Assembly: GCF_006345805.1 (NCBI RefSeq)
Contig: NC_043008.1
Coordinates: 52,948,001-53,012,000 of the forward strand
DNA length: 64,000 bases
DNA from: Octopus sinensis
Taxonomy: Eukaryota
Direction: 5' to 3'
In this document: piece by piece, positions 25,023 through 37,400 of the stretch
How positions within the stretch are numbered: position 1 is the stretch's first letter
How the letters are laid out: the number at the start of each line of letters is the position of its first letter
Notes under the pieces: generated by a model
What the model was told of the DNA's origin: nothing
Seen by the model: only the letters and a program-made list of their open reading frames with translations
The model's database searches: none
Translations under genes and position numbers: made by a program

Positions 25023-25334
25023 TAATTAATGTGCTTGGTACAACACCCAATCAGCAGAAAAGTATGGTGCTGTATTCTGTTATAAAGACTCTTGAGACTT
25101 GAGGAGACCTGTACCCAAACATAAAGATAAGATAGTCGCTAACTAAATTAGTATGCAGTCACGTAATAATAATTCTTTCTACTTGAGGCAGAAGGTCTGA
25201 AATATTTTCACGAGGAGGAATGGCGGGAGCAGTCGATTACATTTGCCTTAGTGCTCAATTGGTATTTATTTTCTTGATCCCGACTGAAAGGCAAAGTCGA
25301 CCTCGGAAGCATTTGAACTCAGAACGTACCTGCA

Positions 25335-25795
25335 TGCATCTATCCATCCATTTTCTCCTCCCACAACTCTTGGAATGGTTGTTGAGGCTGAGTCCCCAGA
25401 CACTTCTTCCACAGGGTTCTATTAGAACCGATCATCACTACACTTTCCGGCAGACATTCCAAGCGTGACCAACGGAGACAACGGATGTAATTCAAGCATC
25501 TCCTTCTTGGTCTATCCGTAGGTCTCCTGCCAGTTGGCTCGGCTTGAAGAAGCCGTCTTGCAATTCTTCCCAGAGACATTCTAATCACATATCCGTAGTA
25601 CCGGATCTGTTACTTCTCAATGTCTTTCCAATACGAGCGCCCCCCCCCCCCCCGCAAACCAACGACAGTGTACACAGTAAGATCCATGACGGTAGACCTC
25701 GAGAAATATAAAGTTTCAGTGGTAATCCGGATGGAGCGGTGGTACAGTCGTTCAGGTGAGGTAGCAAATGTCTGAGAGGACAGTTTGAAAGGATG
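25335..25795 (-). mobile_element. RTE-clade LINE 3' fragment
   Basis: MIRMSLGRIARRLLQAEPTGRRPTDRPRRRCL matches the RTE HVxRM...GxRPRGRPRxRW motif; GGAT-type tail. Confidence 0.7.
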
Positions 25796-26011
25796 GGTCG
25801 AAACAGCTGTAGTGATTAACAATCATTCTCGTGTCTTCCATCTCCCATCTCTGTCATTAATCAAATGTCCAACGAACACTGTGAAAGTGAACGTGCTTTA
25901 CCGATAAGCTACCAAGTGTATTATCTAATAAGTATTCATTATCTAATAATTATATATATTATAATATTACCACACCTATATATAATTATATATATTATAT
26001 ATATTACCACA

Positions 26012-26178
26012 CAGCAGGAGTGGCTGTATGGTAAGTAGCTTGTTTACCAACCGCATGGTTCTGGATTCAGTCCCACTGCGTGGCACCTTGGGCAAGTGTC
26101 TTCTACTATAGCCTCGAGCTGACCAAAGCCTTGTGAGTGGATTTGGTAGACGGAAACTGAAAGAACCCGTCGTATATT

Positions 26179-26219
<41 letters not shown>

Positions 26220-26449
26220 TATAGATATATGTATATATATGCGTGTGTGTGTTTGTGTGTCTTTGTCCCCCTAGCATTGCTTGACAACCGATGCTGGTGT
26301 GTTTATGTCCCCGTTACTTAGCGTTCGGCAAAAGAGACTGATAAAATAAGTACTGGGCTTACAAAAGAATAAGTCCCGGGGTCGAGTTGCTCGATTAAAG
26401 GCGGTGCTCCAGCATGGCTGCAGTCAAATGACTGAAACAAGTAAAAAGA
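26012..26449 (+). mobile_element. SINE family A
   Basis: Full copy. Confidence 0.85.
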
Positions 26450-26450
26450 G

Positions 26451-26500
<50 letters not shown>

Positions 26501-26835
26501 CATATATATATATATACACATACACACACACATATATAAAAAGAGCAGCAACAGGTTTCTTAGCTACATACCAAAAAATTAGAAATAGCAGGCTTAATCT
26601 GGGGAGTCTAGAGACGGTGATGGGGCGGTTACCTCACCCGTCAGTGTATATACATTGCGGTTTTCTTACAGCATTAAGAGTTAACCCCTTTTTCTAGCAA
26701 TGTAGGTCCTTTGGCACCTTTAGTCCTGCTTAGTGACGATTAAATTTTTCCTTTATGATATTACTTTGCGGCTAGCTGTTTATATCATATATTATATTAT
26801 ATTATATATATATATATATATATAATATATATATA

Positions 26836-27167
26836 TATATATACCAATTAAGGACTGAACACGAAAAGTGGACAGTCAACATGCTAGATATAGACGTCAA
26901 ATCGCCATTCACCACAAAAGATTATGTTCTCAGATCAAACTCAACACAAAACCATAGCAATAAACAAGTGAAAAATATACGAAATAAAATAATTATAAAA
27001 ATAAAAGTAATTATTTTATTTCGTATATTTTTCACTTGTTTATTGCTATGGTTTTGTGTTGAGTTTGATCTGAGAACATAATCTTTTGTGGTGAATGGCG
27101 ATTTGACGTCTATATCTAGCATGTTGACTGTCCACTTTTCGTGTTCAGTCCTTAATTGGTATATATA
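26836..27167. repeat. Perfect palindrome: 160-bp arms, 12-nt loop
   Basis: 26836-26995 is the reverse complement of 27008-27167. The track shows near-identical ORFs on both strands (26881-27081 + and 26922-27122 -). Confidence 0.97.
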
Positions 27168-27279
27168 AATATTTTAATCTTCGGATTCTTTTTTAATATG
27201 CTAGACCACTGGTCTTAATTGATAAATATCAATTTCTACCCTTAATTAATTTTATATATATATATAATATATAATATAT

Positions 27280-27313
<34 letters not shown>

Positions 27314-27606
27314 ATATATATATAGTTGCTCTTATGTTAAAATGTCGTTTCTTCAAATTTGGCCAAATGCATTTTTTCAATATTTATTTTTACTTGCAAT
27401 AGCCGATTCCTTTTGGTAAAACTATCGTATCTTCAGCTGCTTCAGATGCTAAGATATCAGAAATTTTGAAAGTGTAGTACAACGGTTTTGGTATGGAATG
27501 GTGAAACTATTATTTCGTTTTCTGCAAAAAAAGCAACGTTTTGGACTTATGATACGTTTGCATAATAGCAACGACACACACACACACACACACATTGTAT
27601 ATATAT

Positions 27607-27661
27607 ATTAGGGTATCTACGAGATACCACCATGCTTCTCGTATCTCGTAGATACCCTAAT
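27607..27661. repeat. Perfect hairpin: 21-bp arms, 13-nt loop
   Basis: ATTAGGGTATCTACGAGATAC - CACCATGCTTCTC - GTATCTCGTAGATACCCTAAT. Confidence 0.95.
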
Positions 27662-27767
27662 TTATAATTTTAATAATTATTACCTTTTAAGGTTATTTTT
27701 TTCCCATGCTGGCCACTTGATAAAATCGTTATTTTATTTTAAATTAACGATCTTATCCTTATTCACA

Positions 27768-27808
<41 letters not shown>

Positions 27809-28554
27809 AACTCATCAAATTCCCACCTAATACACGGAATTAAATCATTAGAGCTACTTCATACCAGATCGAAAAGCAGCACAAGAGGTAACGATAATTA
27901 CAAAATGTTATTGGTGTTGCATTTGTATCCATGGAGATTTACCTGTAAATGTCTAAATAGAGAATTATCTCAGACACTAGAAACCGCAAGTAAACGGCTG
28001 GTCACATTCCAGATGTCTTGTAGCTACTAGAAGATACACCAATGTATTTATGTAATTTAAGGCGGCGAGCTGGCAGAATTGTTAGCACGTCGGAGAATGG
28101 CGTAGCCGTATTTCGTCTGCCGTTACGTTCTGAGTTCAAATTCCGTCGAGGTCGACTTTGTCTTTCATCCTTTCGGGGTCGATAAATTAAGTACCAGTTA
28201 CGCACTGGGGGTCGAAATAACCGACTTAATCAGTTTGTCTGTCCTTGTTCGTCCCCTCTGTGTGTAGCCCCTTGTGGGCAGTAAAGAAATAAAAAAAAGT
28301 CCATGTGAATACAACCAATAAATTAAGCCCCAGTTACGCACTGGGGTCTATATAATCGACTTAATCCCTTTGTCTGTCCTTGTTTGTCGCTTCTGTGGAC
28401 AAATTTTAGCTGAATATGATGGATAAGGGTTGGATCTTTGTGGGGCTCATAAAGAAAAATATGTTCTCCAAGTTTTAGGTCGTAGTCGTAACCGGCGGAG
28501 TGCCACAAATATATAAATGTGTATAATGGTTACGTATATGTATTGAGTATGTGT

Positions 28555-28818
<264 letters not shown>

Positions 28819-29258
28819 TAAGGAGCATTGGGTGATAAGTTACGCATTATGAAAGAATTGCAAAGCAGAGGAATCCATCTTAATCTGTTATTATAAATTC
28901 TATATTTACTAATGGAACGAGACAATAAAGATTGGAAATAAAGATTAATAAATAAAATGTACTGGGGCGTGGTATGATTTCGTGACGTGAAATTGTTTCA
29001 TTTTCATTAGTAAATGTATAATAATTCGTTTCATCTCTCAGCCATGTCCGTATTCGTAACCTCACAAAAAACTTTTTCATAAACGATTTATTTACACAAA
29101 ATATAGGACAGAAAGAGATAAAACATATTGAATGTGTGATCAAAGGAAAATATGTAATCGTAGAGTTTCTGAACTGCGAATAAGCAATGACGGTTCGTAA
29201 GCACTGAAGCAAATTTGAAGCGCAAATCTGAGGAAAGGTTGGCTGCACACATTCTACT

Positions 29259-29669
29259 CTTTTACTCTTTTACTTGTTTCAGTCATTTGACTGTGGCCAT
29301 GCTGGGGCACCGCCATTAGTCGAGCAAATCGACTCCAGGACTTATTCTTTGTAAGCCTAGTACTTATTCTATCGGTTCTCTTTTGCCGAACTGCTAAGGT
29401 ACGGGGACGTATACACACCAGCATCGGTTGTCAAGCGATGTTGGGGATACAAACACAGACATACAAATATATACACACACATACATATATACATATATAC
29501 ATTATACGACGGGCTTCTTTCAGTTTCCGTCTACCAAATCCATTCTCAAGGCTTTGGTCGGCCCGAGGCTATAGTGGAAGACACTTGCCCAAGGTGCCAC
29601 GCAGTGGATCTGAACCCGGAACCATGTGGTTGGTAAGCAAGCTACTTACCACACAGCCACTCCTACGCT
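29259..29669 (-). mobile_element. SINE family A
   Basis: Full reverse-complement copy, followed directly by a SINE-B. Confidence 0.85.
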
Positions 29670-30994
29670 TACGTAAAGACAGAAGAAATACCTATTTCTT
29701 TACTACACACAAGGGGCTAAACACAGAGGGGACAAACAAGGACAGACAAACGGATTAAGTCGATTATATCGACCCCAGTGCGTAACTGGTACTTAATTTA
29801 TCGACCCCGAAAGGATGAAAGGCAAAGTTGACCTTGGAGGAATTTGAACTCAGAACGTAGCGGCAGACGAAATACCGCTAAGCATTTCACCCGGCGTGCT
29901 AACGATTCTGCCTGAAAACATCGTATAACATCGTAATATCGGCATTAGGTGGCGAGATGGCAGAATCGTTGGTATGTCGGACAAAATGCTCAATGGCATT
30001 TCTTCCGGCTCTTTATTTTCTGAGTTCAAGTCCCATGGAGACTAACTTGGCATTTAATCCCTTCTGGGTCGATAAAAGAAAATACTAGTCAAGTACTGGA
30101 GTCGATGTAATCGACTTGCCTCCTCCTTTCAAAATTGCTGGCATTGAACCCTGCAACAGACTGGTGTCCCTCTCAAGAGCAATGTCGTGATCCCAGTCAC
30201 TTATAAGCCATGGAAACCGGGTAACTGGTCTTATGAGTCCTTGGGCCCAAGAAAAACAAAAATATATTCTATATAAGTGCGTACAGAAGCATATAATGTG
30301 AATAAATATTTATATTTCAAAAATGCTTAAACATTTGGTTTTCACATACATACGTAGATACACTCGCACATCCATCCATCCGTTCATCTATCCATCCATA
30401 CACATATCTATCCATCCATACATAGATACTCTCACATACGCATACTTACTAGAACACCATTGCCAGACTTAGTGAAGTTATGAGATTTAATCTTAATATC
30501 ACAACCGATGTAGAAATATATGAAAGATAGCTTCAGGCTTTATCTGCTAAGTCAGTTCCCCTGCGTGGCCGTAAATGTTAGTAATTGGTAACAGGTTACA
30601 TGAACAATTACAAGACGCTTTACAAGGTTTCCCGTAGAAAATTTACAAGAATTCAAACACTTATAACAGTATGTTGTTTGAAATGGGATGATACCTTGGG
30701 GTGAGGCAAGCAACAAGAATGTATAAGGATAGGATCTCTAATATTGCATCAGTAAGAAATTATTATTAATTGTGCATAAAGACATTTAAGTTTAAATGTA
30801 GTATAGTAGTAATTGCAATAAGGTGTTAAAAAGGTATCTTGGATTTTAATTTTCAGGTACCGAGTATTCTCTTTCAAATACTCAAATGTTCCTTTTACAT
30901 TTGTTAATAGAATGCATTACTGTAAAATAATGTTAGGCATAAATGGCAGTAAGATGATACAATGTAGCTCAATTCAAATTATATGTATTCAAGA

Positions 30995-31270
30995 TCCACA
31001 GCCTACCAACGAAAGTCAGGAACCGTCATGGGAACCACAGTCGTCCCAACATATGCCAAATCTATAGCATGATACCATGAACTGGAAATCTATGAATAAT
31101 CCTCACAAATATGTGGGGATGAATTCAGCTGTTACGTGAAAGAGAACTTGAAGAGACTCTTACATGTCTGCTTCATTTTACGAAGGGAAAATCTCGATAA
31201 ACTGAACCTATTTCAAAATCCCATCAACAACATAACTATCACATTCAATTCTGTATGAAGTTCAGTAATT
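30995..31270 (+). mobile_element. Penelope-like reverse transcriptase remnant
   Basis: YQRKSGTVMGTTVVPTYA (from 31004) resembles the PLE motif YxQxxGTAMGxxxAPxYAN; downstream YVKENLKRLLHVCFIL resembles a decayed WKRYLDDCFI; stops and frameshifts present. Confidence 0.6.
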
Positions 31271-32407
31271 ATAAGCTCTCATTCTTAGATGCACTAATAG
31301 CAAAAAGAAACCCAGCAATACATATTTTAAGCCCGCTGACTCAATGCGATATCTCTTTTTTATCTCATGTCACGTCACTCGAAACATACTCGAAGTAATA
31401 TTAAGCACACTGAGCAAAATGCTTAATGGCATACGTTCCGAGTTCAAATTCTGCAGAGGTCGACTTTGCTTTTCATCCTTTCGGAGTATTCTGTTTTCAG
31501 GTATTTTGTTTTCCGACACTTTCCTGTAGTCCGGCAACGACTGGGTTCCAAATTTGCATTGGTTAAGATATCCAACCTGCTCCTCAGTTTAAACTTATTA
31601 CTAACTTATTTAATGTTGGGAATGAAAAAGAAAATACGTAGTAAGACAAAAAAAGTAATATTAATCAATGAATAACATTGCTTCGATTATTATATTATAG
31701 AATTATTTTAACAAGTAAGGGGGATAACACTGGGCACGTTTTGGTATAATTAGAACCTCATCTGCAGAGTATGTATATATGTCATTGTACTTTTCAAAGT
31801 TGAGGTGAGAGAATCATAAAGAAGATTTTCAATACTGTACATACAATGGTTACTATAGAAAAAACAAAGAACAATTGTTGAGAGAATAAATAACTCAGAT
31901 ATGCGATCTGCATATAAAACAATAACTAACAGAGTATTAAAACGTTAATTAAAGGCAATTAAAGTGTTTAACTTCTGTTAATTTTCTTCTAAGTTGAAAA
32001 TCTTTTACTCTTCACCAGTAACGTTCTACGTTTAATCAATTTACGTTCTACAGTTTGGTATAACAACCGTATAACAATCTCAATGTGATTAAGTATCGTA
32101 TTTGAAAATCTTCTTTATATCATACCTTACACTCTGGATTAAAAAAAAAATGTAAATAAACAGTTGATAATATAAACTTCCCAACTACATGGTTCAGAGT
32201 TCAGTCCCACTGCGTGGAATCTTCGGGAGGTATCTTCCACTACAGTCCCGGAATTGATGTTACCCGTGCTGCAGGTGGTGGCCACATTGAACACTTATAA
32301 GACAGGAAATGAAAGTTGATTGTGAATAAATACTTGTGACTTAGTTGGAGTTTTCTATTGCTTTTCTCTATTAAAATACTGCGTAATGAAATCGGTTTAT
32401 TGTTTTT

Positions 32408-32431
32408 GAATATATATGTATACATATGTAT

Positions 32432-32516
<85 letters not shown>

Positions 32517-32551
32517 ATATAATATAAATATAAATATATATATATATATAC

Positions 32552-32592
<41 letters not shown>

Positions 32593-32603
32593 TAAATATA
32601 TAT

Positions 32604-32686
<83 letters not shown>

Positions 32687-32731
32687 ACATAAATATATAT
32701 ATATATATACATACATACATACATTCATACA
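32408..32731. repeat. (TA)n-rich microsatellite
   Basis: About 320 bp of TA with interruptions. Confidence 0.95.
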
Positions 32732-33320
32732 CTATGGATGGGGTACATGTGCGTGTCAGTGTCCTTATGTTTGTTTCCTATCACTGTTTCACAACCAGTG
32801 TTAGTGTCTTTACATCCTCGTAACCTAGCGGTTCGGAAAAAAGAGACCGATAGAATAAGTAGCAGACATACAAAAAAAAAAATCGACTTAGGAAAAAAAA
32901 AAGGACTGGGGACGATTTACTCGTCTGAACCCTTCAAGGCAGCGTCCCATCAGGGTCGCAGTCTAATGATTGAAACAAGCAAAAACTTAAACGATAAATG
33001 ATTGTCTTTTGATTTTTTTAATCATTATATAAAACAGAAAACATCAAGAAAAAACGTCTTAAATAACAGCTGAGTGAATAAACTGGAAGCCTGGAGCGAC
33101 TTCCAGTTCATTTCTTTTTGTATTGTTCACAATATAAAATAATATAAAACACTAGGTATATGAAATGATGTATTATATGTAAATAATATAACGTTGTTTT
33201 AAACGTATGAGTCTGTTATAATGTTATTAATTATATATATATTATTATTATTTTTATTGTTATTTTTGTTATTATTTTGCGTCTCTCACTGATATTGTCT
33301 TTCTTTCTCTGTCACACCCT

Positions 33321-33366
<46 letters not shown>

Positions 33367-33467
33367 TCATCATCATCATCATCATCATCATGCTGAACCG
33401 TTAATCCCTACACTTGATTTCTCTCCCTGGTTACTTTTTCTTTCTCTCCATTTTTTCCCTCTCAACC

Positions 33468-33503
33468 CTTTCTGTAGAAGGGCGTAGGTTCGAAACGTCA
33501 AAG
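33468..33503 (+). ncRNA. Minimal type-I hammerhead-like motif in a Penelope-type repeat
   Basis: CTTT / CTGTAGA / A / GGGC-GTAG-GTTC / GAAA-CG-TC / AAAG: stem I 4 bp, stem II 4 bp (two G.U), palindromic ACGT helix III. Core has U at the usually invariant A6. Confidence 0.5.
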
Positions 33504-33592
33504 ACTTTTCCATTCTTCCCGAGCGTCAAACACATACACCTTCTTGTTGTTTCCACACTTGTCTGTCCTCGTCTTTTTTTCCAGTAAATTTG

Positions 33593-33596
33593 AGCT

Positions 33597-33641
<45 letters not shown>

Positions 33642-33642
33642 C

Positions 33643-33674
<32 letters not shown>

Positions 33675-33797
33675 CTCTCTCTATATATATATATATATAA
33701 TATGTTTTATATTATTAATTGCATATACTTATATATATTTATGAATTTATATGTGAGTGTATGTATATAGATATATATGTATATACATACATACATC

Positions 33798-33879
<82 letters not shown>

Positions 33880-33928
33880 GTACGTGTTTTATCTTTTTAT
33901 CTCTTTGCGTATGTGTGTTTCTATGTAT

Positions 33929-34002
<74 letters not shown>

Positions 34003-34026
34003 ATATATATTTGCATATGTATATGT
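33593..34026. repeat. Compound TA/TG/TC microsatellite block
   Basis: Seen directly. Confidence 0.95.
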
Positions 34027-34347
34027 ATACGTGTTGTGCGCGTGTTTGTAATCTTTTGTCTCATTGTTCTGAAGTCTTTTAATCTATCGTTCATTTATAA
34101 GTTCATCACATTAATGATACGAGATTGCTCAGTGTCTTTAGATTCGTACGTATTGTCTTAGCATCTCTCGAACTTATTATAAAATCCATTTGAATTTCTA
34201 TTTCCATTTCGCCTTGGAAATACATTCTCTCTCTTCATTTGAATAATTAAATGGGTTATCGTAAAATAGAATCTGCTGCCATCTTTTTTTGCCTTTGTTA
34301 TTGTTGCTTATCAAGTTGGCGAATTTCACAAATTGACTGAAAGATAT

Positions 34348-34405
34348 CTAGATTGTAATTTTCGTCGAAACTTCTGTCTGAAATTGCTCTCTGCTGCTGC
34401 TACTG

Positions 34406-34486
<81 letters not shown>

Positions 34487-37400
34487 TTGTTAGATGTTGT
34501 GTCTTCTAAATTAGAAATATCGTTTAAATCGTTTGACTGATAATTCTCCAAAGGGTCAGTTTTGTTCGTCAGGTATTTACTACTTAGCGTTGTCTCCATT
34601 GTCGTTCCATTATTTGCCATTTCTTCCATATAAATCATGGTGCTAATTGTTAAATTGCTGAACGAATTTCCTTTGAGATTTGGTTCTTCCAGAATTTTTG
34701 TCTCGGAGCTCGGAATTTTCGCTTCAGTTGATAATTCTAAATCGCTATTATTTCTGTTGATGCCTACACCGTTCGTCAGCGTTCCATTTGTGACAATATC
34801 ATTTATTATTTCTTCGTTCCATAGATTCCAATTTTTACTGAGATTTGCTGATATGCTTTGGTTAAAATTTGAATCATTGTAAACCCCAGAATTATTGGGG
34901 GCAAATTCTGTTATTCCTTTTTTAAACTCAGAATCTTGTCGGGATATTCCAATCGCTGTGTCAGGTGTTGTCGAATTGTCTTCGTTTGGAAGCGCAATTT
35001 TAAAAACCGAATTGCCCTCTTTATGCTCTAACGAACTTTGATTCTCTCTCGAGATATTTATTCGATTAAAGGTATCATTCCCTTTATACAAGAACTCATC
35101 CAAGGAATTATTAATGTTTAGAAAAGTTCTGTTCATCGACAAAAATGTTTTATTCAGTAGATTTTCTTCCGGATGGAGGGGTCTGTTTTTCATGTTTTGT
35201 TCAAAACTAGAATTGTGTTGACGATCGAAATGTGTGTTATTTCCTAAATCTGTTGAATTGTCGATAGTCTGTTGTACAATCTTCGAATTGTCGCTTTTAT
35301 CTACAGGTTTATAGTCCTCGGTAGATGTATCAATTTCTGTTTGTTTCTGTTGATTAAATTTAACACTATTAGCTGATTGTAAATTTAATGATGAATCAGT
35401 TATATTTTCTGTATCAGTATGAGAAACGTCTGATTCATTTCTTGTATGGTTTTGATAAATCATCAAATCCGAAGCAGACACGTCCGTGTGTCCTTGCTGG
35501 AATGTATCGATCTCTGAGGAAAATGATGAAAATACATTAGAAGAAGAGATAAAAGAGGTCACATTTTTGGTGATGCTTTCAGTAAAATTGTTATTCGAAT
35601 ATTTAATTTCATTTGGCGTGATTTGTGAATCAAGATCTGTAATATTATTCGATTCTGTTTCATTCAAGAATCCTAAAATGCTTTCAGTATCATCTAGGCT
35701 TTTGCTATCATTGGATTCGAAACTGAGGTAGTTCTCTGTTGTAGTGTCATTAGTCACGTAATCATTGGTCAATGGTTTGCTATCATTTGAAATTAAACTA
35801 ATGCTTGGAGTAGATTGTTCGTCAACCTTATGATTACCGCTTCTGTCTTTCATCTTTAACAACGGTGGCGCAACCAATTCGACCGAAGAGCTCTCATTAA
35901 TGATGTTCTCTGATCTACTTGGTTGCTGATCATAATTCGAAATTGCTTCTTTTGAATTATGCGAAACTTTTCTACTTTTATTTTTAGAGAATTCTGGATT
36001 TATCGAAGCATTTCGATCTGTGTTGATAACTTCACTGAAAGAAGAATTAAGTTCCGGATAAGCATCATTTTCACTTATGTTGTGAGAATTGTTGATTTTA
36101 CTTTCAAAGCCGAGTGAATTTATTTTTCCGATGTTAGAGCGATCAAACACAATATGTGGCAAGTAAGCGTTTATTGATTGCGACGTATTTGACTGTTGTA
36201 GCACTGAAACACTTTTATTGGAGATCATTAAACTTGGCTCATTTTCGCTTAGCTCTTTATCTGCTTCAAACTTTATATTTGCTGGACTCAGAGTTACGTC
36301 AACAAAGTCAGCTGTTGTGAAATTGGTATTTTTTATTGCCTTTTTAGAAATCATAGAATTATTCATTAAGTTTTCCACACTAACGCTCGTGTCTTCAGAA
36401 TAATAATTGTCATTATTAGTCACAGAAGTAATATTGTTTTCAGAATTCTGTCTCGGCAAGAGCCTAGTTTCATTAACACGGTTTGCTCTTTCGCCTGATT
36501 CTGTCAGTTTAAGTAATAATTTTAATTTACTTTTCAATGAAGCCTCATAGTCAATATCACCTCCTACAATAGAAATACTTTCGTCAGTTTTTATCACTGA
36601 ATCATGGCTATTTGGTTCACTTTGGTTGGTATTTAAATTTGTAATGTTATTATTTGGATTGGCATTTGTTGAATTTATTTCTGCTGACGTATTGCTTATT
36701 GATGTTTGTATTGGCTCTGAAGTTTCCGAAGTGTTAACGAAATGATCGATTTGGTCGAAAGAGTCAACAGTAAAATTTAAATTGTCCGTCTGCGTAAAGT
36801 TACTGTTATCTACAATAACCCTTGTTATGTTATCCCCGTCAGACACGTAAGCAGCTGTTGTTGGTTGTTCAAGAGATGTTATGGTCTCCTGTTCAGACAA
36901 ACTCGTAGCTTCTAAGAGGTTTTCTTCATTCGAAGAGTTCCCTCGATCTTCTTTGAGATTGTCCGGGCTTAAGTTTTCTTCGAGTGTACTATTTCTTTCA
37001 ACTGATTTCTGTAGTGACACCATATTACTTGTAACACCAGCAAATATCTGCGGATTTTCTCCAATTTCATCCAAATGCTTATCTTCATCTGCAATTCTCT
37101 TTTGTATTACTGTTTCACTCGTATCATTTAGACCTTCTACTCTGGGTTCGTCATATTTTCTAACTTCTTGTGAACTATTTTCGGAGGTATTATTATGGTG
37201 TATTATCCCCGTCGCGTTATTTTCGTCCAGTTCATCATCATTTATGGATTGCTTCGTGTCATTTATTTGCAACACAAAGTCACCTGAGTCCTGCAACTCA
37301 GCTTCACTTATAGATTTAGTAGAAAGATTTCCACCTTGAATACTAATAGAAACGGCCTTCGTCAAGTTCCTGTTATTGTAAGGCATGGGATAATCATTAG

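Noticed and set aside
25770-25815. Hammerhead-like CTGAGAG...GTCGAAACAGCTGTA
   Set aside because: Core is one base short, stem I does not pair, and it overlaps RTE coding sequence on the other strand.
27110-27210. Hammerhead in the palindrome tail (minus: CCGAAGA...GAAA...GTC)
   Set aside because: The pairing strand is 10 nt from the core, and stems II and III do not form.
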